This document shows, piece after piece, positions 1 through 11,455 of a stretch of 41,587 nt of DNA. Position 1 is the first letter of the stretch. Each line of letters opens with the position of its first letter. The stretch lies in NCBI GenBank assembly GCA_900617105.1, contig UYFQ01000401.1, forward strand, positions 1-41,587, written 5' to 3'. This stretch comes from Hydrurus foetidus. Lineage: Eukaryota. The notes beneath the pieces were generated by a model that saw only the letters and a program-made list of their open reading frames with translations, was not told where the DNA came from and did no database searches. Made by a program: the position numbers and the translations under genes.

Positions 1-42
1 CTTACATCTTATCGCCACCTATTCTCTCCTTTTTGCTTGTAG

Positions 43-2835
43 AGTATACGAACTCAGCAGCTGTCGAAAGGCTGGACCATCTCGTGAAGACGCATGACGT
101 GTGCTTCGCTCTGACGGACAGCAGGGAAGCTAGGTACGCCTCCTCTCTTCCTTCTCTTCGCTTTTTCTCCCTTTTCTTCTCTTCCCGATAAGATTATCTC
201 GTAATGATCCAGAGGATTTCGTAATGTTTGAGATAATTACATTTCATAACTTGAATTGTATACAATAATTTTCAATCTTTATCTCTGACTTCTGTTTAGG
301 TGGCTACCTACTGTGCTGTGTGCGTCACACGACAAGATTCTCATCAACGCTGCTCTTGGGTTCGACAGCTACTTGGTCATGCGACACGGCTGTGGCACAC
401 CCCTTGACACCCCCTCCAATCCCTCCACTCACACTCACACCTCCTGTCCTCCCCTTCCCAACATCCCTCTCTACCTTCCTGAGATCGCTCCTCTTCTGTC
501 CTTTGACACAGAGTGTGCGTCACAGCTGGGTCCACCCTGCGATTTGCACTCCCTCTCATCTCTTGGTCCTACAGATCACCTTCCCTCCTCCTCTATGACA
601 CACAAAACAGACCCCCTCCTTCTTAACATCCTCAACTCCCCTCTCTCACCCGAGCCTCTACTTCGCCCTTGTGACTACCCCTTAGCTCACCAAGACACGG
701 TTCCGTCCACCCCTATAACCTTGTCCCCCCACCCCACCCGCGACTCCGAGTCAAAAGACCCCCTCTCCCTCTCCATCTCCCCCTTTATTCCTACAGGCCA
801 CACTCATAGATTGGGATGCTACTTCTGCAGTGACATTGTGGCAGCGACGAATAGTCAGAGAGACAGATCGCTAGACCAGCAATGCACAGTCACACGGTGA
901 GACTGACGTATACCCTCATAATGTCTTGATCAACTTACGTATGAGGATATAGACTTTTTTTGGGACAGTTATCACCAAAACAGAATAGAAAGTCCGAGAA
1001 AGCACACGAATTCGAGGTGCAAGTGGTGACTTACCAGTGCTTAAATCTGTTTCCTGTCTGTCTCTCAGACATGTTACTTTGCTTTGATACTACCTCGAGA
1101 TGTAAAGTTTGAAATGTTCGTGTTCATCGTGTGCTAGTTCCACGTGATTTCAGTCTTTGAGTAATGCTGCCTTAACATGCCGGAGTTCTGACTAATGCAG
1201 CAGATTCAGAATAAAATAGTAGAGAATAGTAGAGAATAGAATAGAACAGAGAATAGAACAGAGAATAGAACAAGGAAGTACAGAGCAGTGCAGTGCAATG
1301 CAAAACAGAATATGACAGGAGATAATAAAATATAGCACGATAGAACAGAACATCTGCCCTTGATGATGAAGTCACGCATACTAATTCAAGAAATCATGAT
1401 TCCTAACAGACCTGGACTGTCCTTTATTGCGGGTGCATTGGCAGTGGAGGTGATGGTGGCTCTACTCCATTCCTCCTTGGGGTCCAGACACCCCGCACCC
1501 GACATCACCCACCTGAGACAAAGTCAGAGGGACAGCAGAAGTGACTCACATGCGTCAATTGCAGAGAGAGGAGGACAGGGGAGTGGAGGAGGAGGGAAGG
1601 CAGGGGAGGGAAAGGGGGTCAAGGGGGTTGAGGACGAAGATACGCTCATTCCACATCAGCTGAGAGGCTCTCTTGCTACATTCTCGCAAATATCACCTAT
1701 GGTGAGTAACGCCTCTTCGACAGCAGCTGTTTAAATCTTATTTTATCTTGTCTTATCTTGTCTTTAGTTTCATCTCGTCTTGTCTTGTCTTGTCTTGTCT
1801 TGTCTTGCCTTGCTGTGATATTACATGTATCAAATGTGCTAGCTTTAATTCTCCATCACCTCCTGCTCCTCTGCAGTGCAAATGATCCAGGAATCTCATT
1901 TTATTTATTGTACTCATACTTTGTCTTACTCTACGATCTCTTATCTCCTTTCACATATCGCACCATACCATATCACGTTCTGTCACCACTCATCCTATCT
2001 TTTTCCTCCCCTCATCTCCTCTCTTCTTCTCTCCTCTCCTCTCCTCTCCTCTCCTCTCCTCTCCTCTCTTCTCTTCTTCTCTTTTCTATTCATAAAAGAC
2101 TCCTGCTTTCGAGTGCTGTACAGCCTGTTCCCGCCCAGTTGTGCAAGCATACAGGGACGATGGTGTGGCTTTCGTGAAAAGGGTGTGTGACGACAGAGGA
2201 GCTGACAAAGGTGAGCAGGGCACGGCAATGTTGTACTGTATTGTATTGTATTGCATTGTATTGTATTGTATTGTATTGTATTGTATTGTATTGTATTGTA
2301 TTGTATTGTATTGTATTGTATTTCATTGTATTGTATTGCATAGTATTTCATTGTATTGCATTGTATTGTATTGTATTGTATTGTACTGTACTGTACAGTT
2401 TTGTACTGTACTGTATTCCATTGCACTGTGCATTTGATTTCAGTGGGAGAGCGAAGCAGATCTGTATCTTAATAGTCGCATCTGTTTTAGACTTGCAGGA
2501 GGGACATGCGTACTTACTATATCCTTTCAATTCGAGCAATTAGATTAAGGCATCTTAACACTCCTTGATCCTCATCTCTCTGACAGCAACAGCAACTTGA
2601 AGTCTTTTCAAGATGGCCTTACTTCACTCAACCCCATCATTTGTACTGTGCATTGTTTTCCTCATATCTGTGGGCTGTTCAGTGTAACTCTTCCTCTGCT
2701 CCTCCTCGTTCTCTACTTCTGTACCCTGTAACAGGTGAGTCATACTTGGAGTCTCTCAGCGGTGTGGCTCGGCTGACCCAAGAGGTGGAGACCCTGGATC
2801 TTGAGGGCATGTACATGGACAGTGACGAGGACTGA
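43..2835 (+). CDS. ATG7: Ubiquitin-like modifier-activating enzyme ATG7, 3' part (5' exons upstream of window); exons ~43-133, 300-896, 1410-1701, 2099-2210, 2735-2835
   Basis: Joining at GT-AG sites gives ATG7 motifs [57 protein letters not shown] (catalytic Cys), [14 protein letters not shown] and a final YLESLSG...DSDED*; splice phases are consistent. Confidence 0.95.
1740..2430. repeat. Intronic pentanucleotide microsatellites (TCTTG)n, (TCTCC)n, (TATTG)n
   Basis: Visible simple repeats at ~1740-1810, 2010-2085 and 2229-2430 in ATG7 introns. Confidence 0.9.
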
Positions 2836-3816
2836 GAGGAGAGGAGAGAGGAGGGGAGGGGTGCATGTGATGTGATGCATGTCAGAGGTTATGTGGTAGT
2901 CGAGCTGGTAGCAGCTTGTAGCAGCTTTGGCTGTACCGTAAGGTTTAGGAGAAAGAGTAGGAGGGAGATAAAACGTAGCGGAGGAAATATGAGATGAGAT
3001 GCAGTGGTGTGGGACATGGAGGGTCTTCGCTGTAAAACATTTGAAATTACGTATTGTGACGTGACGTAATGTGATGTAATGTGATGTACAGAAATCGAGC
3101 CTGACTCGTTAGCCAATGTGCAATCCGACTTGACTAGAATCGAGTGCTGCTAATAAGCTGTGCTGTGCTGTGCGTGTTGGACGGCGCTGGGCGCCTTCAA
3201 GGCGATGAGAGGGACGGGGACGACTAACATACTTTGATACTTGACTAATTTTCGTATACATGTACAATGATAATGTAGATATCGAACGGAACAGCGTAGT
3301 ATGATATAGTGTGATGTGATGTAATGCGATGAAGTAAAATGAGATGCGATGTGATCAGCGGCAGCACAAATCTCATCCCATCTCTCCTCTATCCGGATTC
3401 CTTGGCTGTATTAAGGATCACAAGATATTCGAAGCGGTGCACAGTACATGTCTCACTACGCCACACATACGTTTGTCTAGCCGCGATATCACATCATCTT
3501 ATATTCTATTGCATCCAATAAACTTCCGCGATTCGTATAGATGTCAATAATCTACGATGAATTATATTTGATTTCATTGACGAAGCGTGTTTTGAGCATG
3601 GCAGGTCTTTTGAGCAAGGCATGTTTATGAGAGGTTTCTGTTGTAGTCAAGTCAGAAAAAATTGTCCAACCTTCCCCTCAGGACGATCGTATCTTGCAAC
3701 CGCTGCAAGGGGTGTAGTACGGTGACGTACTGTACGTGTACTCTATACAGTACGTAGTACGTACGTACTGGCCAAAAAATCAAAATGTTGCGCCATCAAG
3801 AATCGAGACAGGAATT

Positions 3817-4144
3817 CCAGCCTGTCCCAAAACCTAGTGGAATCCCAAAACTAGTGGAACAGACTCAGAACTACTGTTTCATAGGGCTGGTGGCCGGGCC
3901 GAGCTCAGCTCGGCCAGCTCGGCCACTGGCCGAGGTCTTGGCCGAGCTGAATTTCATTTTCTCGGCCAGCTCGGCCTGGCCGAGGAGGGTCGGCAAGCTC
4001 GGCCACCACCCCTACTGTTTCACCTCTAGAATGGGAGTGAAAAATATTCGTTAACAGAAAAATACATCTCATTCTAGAGGTGAAACAGTTGTTCCGAGTC
4101 TGTTCCACTAGTTTTGGGATTCCACTAGGTTTGGGACAGGCTGG
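3817..4144. mobile_element. Fold-back MITE-like element
   Basis: Long arms CCAGCCTGTCCCAAAACCTAGTGGAATCCCAAAACTAGTGGAACAGACTC... and their reverse complement ending ...TTTGGGACAGGCTGG; nearly palindromic once the inner insert is removed; no clear TSD. Confidence 0.75.
3882..4014. mobile_element. hAT-type MITE (133 bp) nested in the fold-back element
   Basis: TIRs TAGGG(C/G)TGGTGGCC; perfect 8-bp TSD CTGTTTCA at 3874-3881 and 4015-4022; internal CTCGGCC/GGCCGAG subterminal repeats. Confidence 0.85.
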
Positions 4145-4314
4145 TAGTGAGTGAAGATCAAGATAATAGATAACAGAGTTTTTGCGCTACAGTACAGATG
4201 TATTCAAATTTCCCTCAAATTTCCGTACTTTCAAGTATCCAAGAATTTTCGTATTTTGGGGGGGATCCGTATTTGTGGCGGTAAATTTCCGAGATCAAAT
4301 TTCCCAAAGAAGTT

Positions 4315-4645
4315 GGCGGAGACAGAGGCAGAGTCGGTCGCACTCAGCGACGCCTCCAACCAAGTGCTGTGGACTAGGAACTTCCTAGAACGCCAGGGAC
4401 ACCCTCAGCCTACTGCACTCATATACCAGGACAGTCAGTCCACGATACAACTGATGCGTAACGGTCGTTCGAACAGCGAACGAACGCACCACGTAGACAT
4501 TCGATACTTCTTCCAGCACGACAGGATCAGCACCGGCGATATTGATATTGTGTATTTACCTACTACTGACATGATCGCAGATATTCTAACTAAACCACTA
4601 CAGGGGGAATTGTTCAAGAAGCTCAGGAAGGAGCTGCTTAACACC
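4315..4645 (+). pseudogene. Ty1/copia RNase H fragment (5'-truncated pol)
   Basis: TEAESVALSDA...IYQDSQSTI...RTHHVDIRYFF...YLPTTDMIADILTKPL, the typical copia RNase H signature; no RT upstream. Confidence 0.9.
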
Positions 4646-5392
4646 ACACCACCTACCCTCACGTACGCAGAAGACTGCAAGACTGAGGACCGTACGGACT
4701 CCGCACCGACATCCGTACGCACAAAATCCAACCCACGGTTCCCATATACCCTACGTCCAAGAAGAATTGACACCTACCGACGAAGACTCCATCTGACCTG
4801 CTACCCCCTCCGTCTTACCCTACTACAACGCCGCTGTCCGCTTCAGCTGAAGATTGAACACTCAAGACCCCAAGACTCCGTCATTCCTACTGCCATCCCA
4901 TCCGACTATACTACCCCATCATTGCGCATCATGACGAAGACTGACCACTCAAGACACCAAGACTCCATCATTCCTGCCACCCCCCTCCATCATTTTCTCC
5001 TACCCCATCAAGTGCGATTCAAGGAAATCCTGACAGAGACACAAAGAGCGAGGACCGTGGACCCAGAACCAAGACCCGATTCCGGAATCAGATAGTATCA
5101 GCAGTCAAATTTTTTTTTATTTGATTCTTTTGCGTGTTACATAAAGTCTTTTTAGTATTGTTTAGCTCTATGCTCATTCGGATCAGTCAGACCTTGTGAT
5201 ACAAACATTACCCTGCGTGTAATAAATTATCTAACGTCACAATTAAAGTCAACCACTATTACCCTACTTCCCTACACTATAGAATCATGTTATGATACAC
5301 CATTCGTGAAACTCCAAGTAAACGGAGCATTTTTGAATCCTATTGCGTTTTCATTCGCGTACACCAACCCGACGACTTACGCCATAGGGGTG

Positions 5393-6004
5393 TGTCGGAA
5401 TAACTAATGAGCTAAGTAACCGTATAAGTTATTACGTATGTAGATTTGATGACGTCTCGTACGTCGTGTGCTGTGTGGGGGTCGCTACTCCACCGGTCCA
5501 GGTTCCTTTAACCCAGGAACATCAAAATGATGAAAGTGCACCATGGTTGACTGTGCGGGACAGATCGAATTTGTCGACTGTCTCCATGAACGATGTAAGC
5601 GATGTTACATTGTTAATTACCTTAATACTCACACCAGCAGAGCTTTCGCCTTGAGCCCGGGATAACTGCTAGCGCACGTGTCGAACCTGCAGAAGGAGCG
5701 TGTACCTAGGAAGGACATACTTATCCATTCAGCTGAAACTGAATCCTGGTACTACGACATAATTAACGAGTTGCTTTCGTTGCAAACAGTTGCAACATGA
5801 AAGGCAGAGGCAGAGGCCGAGATAACAATTCCGCAAGCGGTCGAGCAAACCCTGCCAATGGTGGCAGAGGGAATGCTGGCCGTGGTGCGAAGCCTCCACC
5901 AAGAACAGGAACGGTAGCCGCGATCGGCACATTCCTGGACCTTGGAAGAGAGATGAAGGATATAGTTGTCCATTCAGTGGAAACTGAATCCTGGTACTAC
6001 GACA
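5393..6004 (+). mobile_element. Probable 3' LTR of the copia remnant (end at 5759 or 6004)
   Basis: Short purine tract ATAGGGG followed by TGTCG; two candidate CGACA ends, each closing a 49-bp imperfect direct repeat (5711-5759, 5956-6004). Confidence 0.4.
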
Positions 6005-6811
6005 CAAGGTCCCCCGGAAATTGTAGGGATAAAATCGGTAAAAATTTGAAAGGGCGAACATCCTTGCAAGGGGGGCAAATAAGCAATATTCCTTGAAATT
6101 CAACGCAGCTACAAGGCAGTACCAGATATGAGGTTTCCGAAAAGCACGTAAACCTCGCATTGACCTCAGTGCTTACTATGTTGTATATCTGGACCAGGCT
6201 GCAGGCAAGCAGGTAATGAAGACCAGTTTGAGAGCGGCAGTTCAAACTTGAGTGAGAGGGAGGTGAGGATTTTTAACCGACCGAAGGTCGGTGTATTTAG
6301 ACCGTAATATGCACGTGCAAATATTTTGATGTATGTACTTTCACACGCGGGCCTCCAAATTGACGAGGAGAATCTATACTCTAAATTGTCCTTTTTCACA
6401 ACCACTTATCTCATAATTTCGACGTTGTTGGATATTCTAGGTAAGTCTGGCAACTTCTTTGCACTCTGAACATTGTGTATCTCTGAAAGAAAGAAAATTG
6501 AAGCTGTCGTTTTTCTGTTTTCTGTCTTGCCGAAATTTCAGTTTCACGTCGAATGCCCCTCTGGAAGCATCGTCTACAGGACTTGGCGATGCCCAAAACG
6601 AGCAAGAAGCATCAAATGCTTGCCTATTAGGTATGATTTTGGAGTTTCGTCGCTGCAACCTCTTCAATTCATTATCTCATGATCGAAATATGACCATTTT
6701 ACGATGCATCCTCTGAAAAATGACTCTACAATTACTCTCAAGAAACTGATAGCGTTCCCCAAAACTAAATTTGACCATCATAACCGCTCTAAAATGTGTT
6801 TATTACTGTAG

Positions 6812-7386
6812 GTGAAGAATACGGATGCTTGCCGAGCTCAAACGCTCCTTCCAGCTATCGTGAGCAGAGGGTTTGGAGTGCATCAGGTAAGAAAATCCTG
6901 GACAAACCTGATTTCGAATTCATTCCAGCTCTGATTTTGCTTCAGAAAGCTGATCTGATCTTCAAACGTCCCTGACAATCCAGGAAGGAAATCGTAGAGC
7001 CATCGGAGCTGTATCTGAAGAGTCAGTTTCGGAGAGCAGAGGGTTCCGAGCACATCAGGTATGAAAATCCTTCACAAACCTGATTTCAAATCCGTTTCAA
7101 CTCGGATTCCACTTCTGAAAGCTGATCTGATCTTCAAATGTACCTGACAATTTAGGAAGGAAATCGTAGAGCTGTCGGAGCTCAGACTCAAAAGTCAGTT
7201 TCGGAGAGCGGAGGGTTTCGAGCACATCAGGTGAGAAAATCCTTCACAAACCTGATTTCGATTTCATTTCAACTCAGATTGCACTTCTGAAAGCTGATCT
7301 GATCTTCAAATGTACCTGACAATCCAGAATAGAAATCGTTGAGCAATTGGAGCTGCATACCAAAACTCAGTTTCGGAGAGCAGAGG
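6812..7386 (+). repeat. 172-bp tandem repeat, about 3.3 copies, with exon/intron-like structure
   Basis: GGAGAGC(A/G)GAGG recurs at 7031, 7203 and 7375, with a diverged copy near 6862; each unit has CTGAC...AG and CAG|GT(A/G) signals. Confidence 0.85.
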
Positions 7387-8015
7387 CACTGCTTTATGGT
7401 AGACCAAAAATATTAGATGACATATTCTGTATGTCAATAGGGTGGCAAGTTAACACTTTAGTGATATTAAATTCTATCCATGTTTTGTTTTCTATAAAGA
7501 TACTAAATTGAGTGGCAGCTCATGCACTTCAGCTTTCACGAAATATATCCTCGGGGAGTATTCTGCGGGTTCAGTTGCAATAATGATTTGTTGCAAAACA
7601 TAGTCATGAGTACTCTGAGAATAGCATTTATTTTTGAAATGAAATGGAACGGCTTCTCAGGAAAGAATTATCAAAAGATTCGACGTTAAAACTATCTAAA
7701 CTGTACAGCACAAATCATACAGTATATAACTACATCGCAAAGCCTACTGCAGTTACGGTCGGTTCTTTATGCACAGCATACACCGTTATTTTATTGGGGG
7801 GACAGAGGGAAGCCGGAAGCCGCCCCCTCTCCTTTCTATACCCCCTTGACCTTGTTTCAAAAGTTGGTCTTTCCTTCACAAGCAGGGAAAATTTCGGCAG
7901 TCGACACGGGGTTCACGAACAAGCTCATTTTTATGGTGCAGAGGTACTAGATTGCGGGCTGTCTTTTTGCCGGCGTTGTTTGAAAGTTCAAAAGTAAATC
8001 GAGAGGTTCATAATC

Positions 8016-9232
8016 ATGCAGAGACTGGAAGACTCCTCGACACCGTTTTCGGTAGGTGATCATAACAGTGATGGGCACTTCCTCGTCCATAGCATTCATC
8101 TCCTCTGCGACTGACAGATCTGCATTATTTCTGTAGGTGGGGATGGCGATTTTCGGCTATTCGCTCTGTTCATCTACGCTTCTTCTGGTGAATAAGTTGG
8201 CCATGGTTCACTTGCCTTCAGCCCCAATCGTAAGCTTCATACAGATTTTCGCCTCCGCCGTTTTTGTCCTCATACTAAAACTAAGCGGTGCATCAATCGA
8301 TGACTTCAATTGGGTTGCATGCAAAGCGTATGGGATTTATACCGTGGCTTTCGTCGCCGCAATTTTCACTAATATGAAAGCCTTATCATTATGCAATGTG
8401 GAGACAGTCATCGTATTTCGCGCTTGTACTCCAATTGCTGTGGGAATAATAGAGTATATGTTCATGGATCGAGCCCTACCCACTGCGCGCTCCTCTGTAT
8501 CATTGATATTGGTCGCCACTGGTGCTGTTTTCTACTGCTTGTACGACTCTGAGTTCGCCATGAAAGGCATACAAGCGTACTCCTGGGCTATCACCTACTT
8601 TTTCTTCATCACATTCGAGATGACCTACGGGAAGAAAATTACATCTTCTGTGAAAATGGACTCCGTATGGGGCCCCGTGTTGTATTGCAACTTCATGGCC
8701 ACCCTCCCGATGTTCATCCTGGGGTATGTCGGAGGAGACTACGACAACATCAGCGAGAAATTGAATGCTGTGTCGCCAACAGGAATAGCTATTATTGCCA
8801 TCTCATGCGTGATTGGTACACTAATTGGGTACGTTTCTGAAAACATTGTGTCAACTGATGTTCTTGGTGACGCAGATTTCTCTCAAACATATATCTGATG
8901 CCTATTCCATATGATGATTAATCTGTTGTACCATTTAATGCAGGTACACAGGATGGCTGTGCAGAGGTATGGTGTCCGCAACGACCTTCACTCTTGTCGG
9001 TGTCGTCAACAAATTTCTCACAGTCTTGTTGAACGTAGTGATCTGGGATAAGCATTCTTCTCTCTTCGGTATAATGGCTGTTTGCCTCTGTCTGCTGGCC
9101 GGGTCTGCTTATCAGCAAGCGCCAAGAAGAGACGAACAGCGCAAACAAGAGGTGGAGGTTCCATCAAGATCCCTAGCAGATGAAGAGGCATCTGAGCGAC
9201 TGCTGGAGATACCTCCCAAGGTGAAGGACTAA
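8016..9232 (+). CDS. Nucleotide-sugar transporter (GONST / GDP-fucose/GDP-mannose type, TPT/SLC35 family); exons 8016-8051, 8137-8828, 8944-9232
   Basis: Multi-TM protein with YSLCSSTLLLVNK, NVETVIVFR, VLYCN and SATTFTLVGVVNK (GxxNK motif); GT-AG introns join in frame. Confidence 0.92.
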
Positions 9233-10155
9233 AGGTGGTGAAGGACCGATGTCCCGACATATACTCTTATCCGCACCACTGATGCTGGTGAGATCTTTCG
9301 CAGTGAAAGATGGCTCCGCGATAACATGCGGTAATAAAATAACTCGCATCAGGAATTTATAAGTTTATCAGAAGAGGGTGTGTCGAGTTCATCAATATTG
9401 CTTGGGTGATCGTCAATATCGTTTTTTCGCTTTTCGGTATTTGTAATAGTGAAAAGTTCATCAACTGCATCCATGGAGTCCTTTTACATTTTTGATATCA
9501 TTGATGCGGCAGATGATTTTTGTTTTCGATGTGCTTCCTTTACATGTTGATGTTGACGGTGCCTGATGCACAGTGAATGGAATATATATTGACGGAATAA
9601 CAGATTCTAGTGAATCGGATTATTTTAACTGAAATCGCACCAAAAAAATTCGGTAGAAATTTTCCACCAAGAAAACTGATTTTTCTATATTTTTGTTAAA
9701 ATTCTTTTTTGGATTGGATAGAAATTGGATCAGGATAAAACTGATCGGATAAAACTGAAATTGGATCAGGCATGTTCAGTACTAAGCAACTTCACAAGCG
9801 TCGCTTGTATTGCTGACAAGCCACTCCTAGACGATCGAGGTGGCAGCCGATTAGAGCTGGCACGTATGGCGTGCCAAAGGTGTTTTTATTATTTTCACCG
9901 TTTTCCCGAGGATCCCGGAACTTTTTTCTGGAATTTTCATTTTTCATTTTTCATTTTTTTTTTTCATGGAAATAATTTCATATGATTCCAAGTTGAAATT
10001 TCATTGCTATCAATTTTCATTTTTGGCGAAAATTTGGAATTTTTCATTTTTCCCGGTCAATTTCAGTCGTAGCAGTGCAGTATGACCTACATCGCTGTCA
10101 TTTATCTCCATTACTGTTTAAAGCTTTCGAATCTCGAATATAAATCTTGAGTTCA

Positions 10156-11134
10156 ATGGAGCTGCCGGTAATGACACACGGACAGTGTGTTGCCGCTGGT
10201 AACTGCTCGATGTATTGCATGAGCTTTAAGATGTCAACCCCTCCACTTGACTATTGTGCGTTTTGTCTGCACGACATCTCACAGCACAAAGTGATTGGGG
10301 TAATGTGCAATGGCATATTTAGCCTCATTAAAGATAGCACTGAATCGCCTACAATAGTAAGCGAGGGTCCAATGATGTCTGTGTCGTCAGTTGCTAAAAA
10401 AGAGAGGTTACAGCAATTCACCAGGGCAAAGATTTACACACCGCATATAGCTGGTAAGGTTTATCGACTGTACATTTTTCCATCTTGTGATGTACATCAT
10501 TAATTCAAATTGATACCAACTATTGATAGGGATCAATCATTCATCTGCGTCATCATCAGCTAGTTCATCAGCGTCGTCAGCGTCGTCTTCTTCGACTACG
10601 CTGGCCATTAGATCCACCTCTTGTTCTTCTGCCATCCGATCTATGAGGCATCGCACGGTCACCATCTTGTACATTGATGTCCACGACACCAATCAATTGC
10701 CAACATCCCCAATTCATGTACACGACATGACGGACCTTCGCAACTATGTTGAGAACGTCCCGTTCGCTGAGATGGCTGAAGACAAGTTCGCGCAGATGAT
10801 CAAGTTGAATGCTACTTTTGGTGAATCATTCGCAACTAATGGTTACTACTTATATTGTTTGAAAAAATTGTATAGCAAGACACTCATTCCATCGACATTC
10901 TATTCTGATAACTATCCAAATTTAGATGCTAGAATTGCTTTTTGCAAAACTAAGTATATGATAGTATCACCTGGTTATCGCGATGAATCTGAAAGAATCA
11001 GCAATTACAGCTCTGTTACAAAAGATGGAGTCATCATCCTAGATGATGAATCTCTACCAGTTTCTCCTGTCAAATGTGGACTAAAGCGTAAGTTAGATAA
11101 CGATGACTTCATGTCTGACCCTGTAAGTGAATAA
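10156..11134 (+). CDS. E1 accessory protein with N-terminal Cys/His zinc-binding-like motif; exons 10156-10453, 10530-~11122/11134 (3' end uncertain)
   Basis: HGQCVAAGNCSMYCMSF...CAFCLHDISQH; alignable by eye to the equivalent genes of E2 and E3 (YLY..K.Y...L.PS.....N.P.....C..KY.I.SP); phase-1 first intron as in E2 and E3. Confidence 0.8.
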
Positions 11135-11455
11135 GATATGGTATGACGCTTACACACTGCTGATTTCATAATGACTATATTTTACATACTTAAAATCTGC
11201 CGACATTCGTTTGTTTCTATCTTCATCGTGAAAATTTTTCGATATGCTTTTCGTGATCGATATCTTTCCGCTTAAAATTAAAAAATATTGGATAGTCGAA
11301 TTATTTATTTTTTATTTATCGTTGAAAATTTAAGACGGTTCAAGATTTGAAATAGCTTCTGCAGTTGATGTCTCAGCATTCGGATGATATTCGAACGATA
11401 ATATATATTGTATTTAGTAGATGTCAAAAAAAGTTTTCTTTCCCTAAAGTTGTAT

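Noticed and set aside
1172..2543. ORFs such as YCIVL/IQYNT and LLSSP repeats
   Set aside because: Translations of intronic microsatellites in ATG7
4151..5095. 314-aa ORF as a complete gene
   Set aside because: Chimeric: only the central ~110 aa is copia RNase H and the flanks look like read-through
6100..6800. Short overlapping ORFs as a gene
   Set aside because: No recognisable motif or consistent exon chain that I can support
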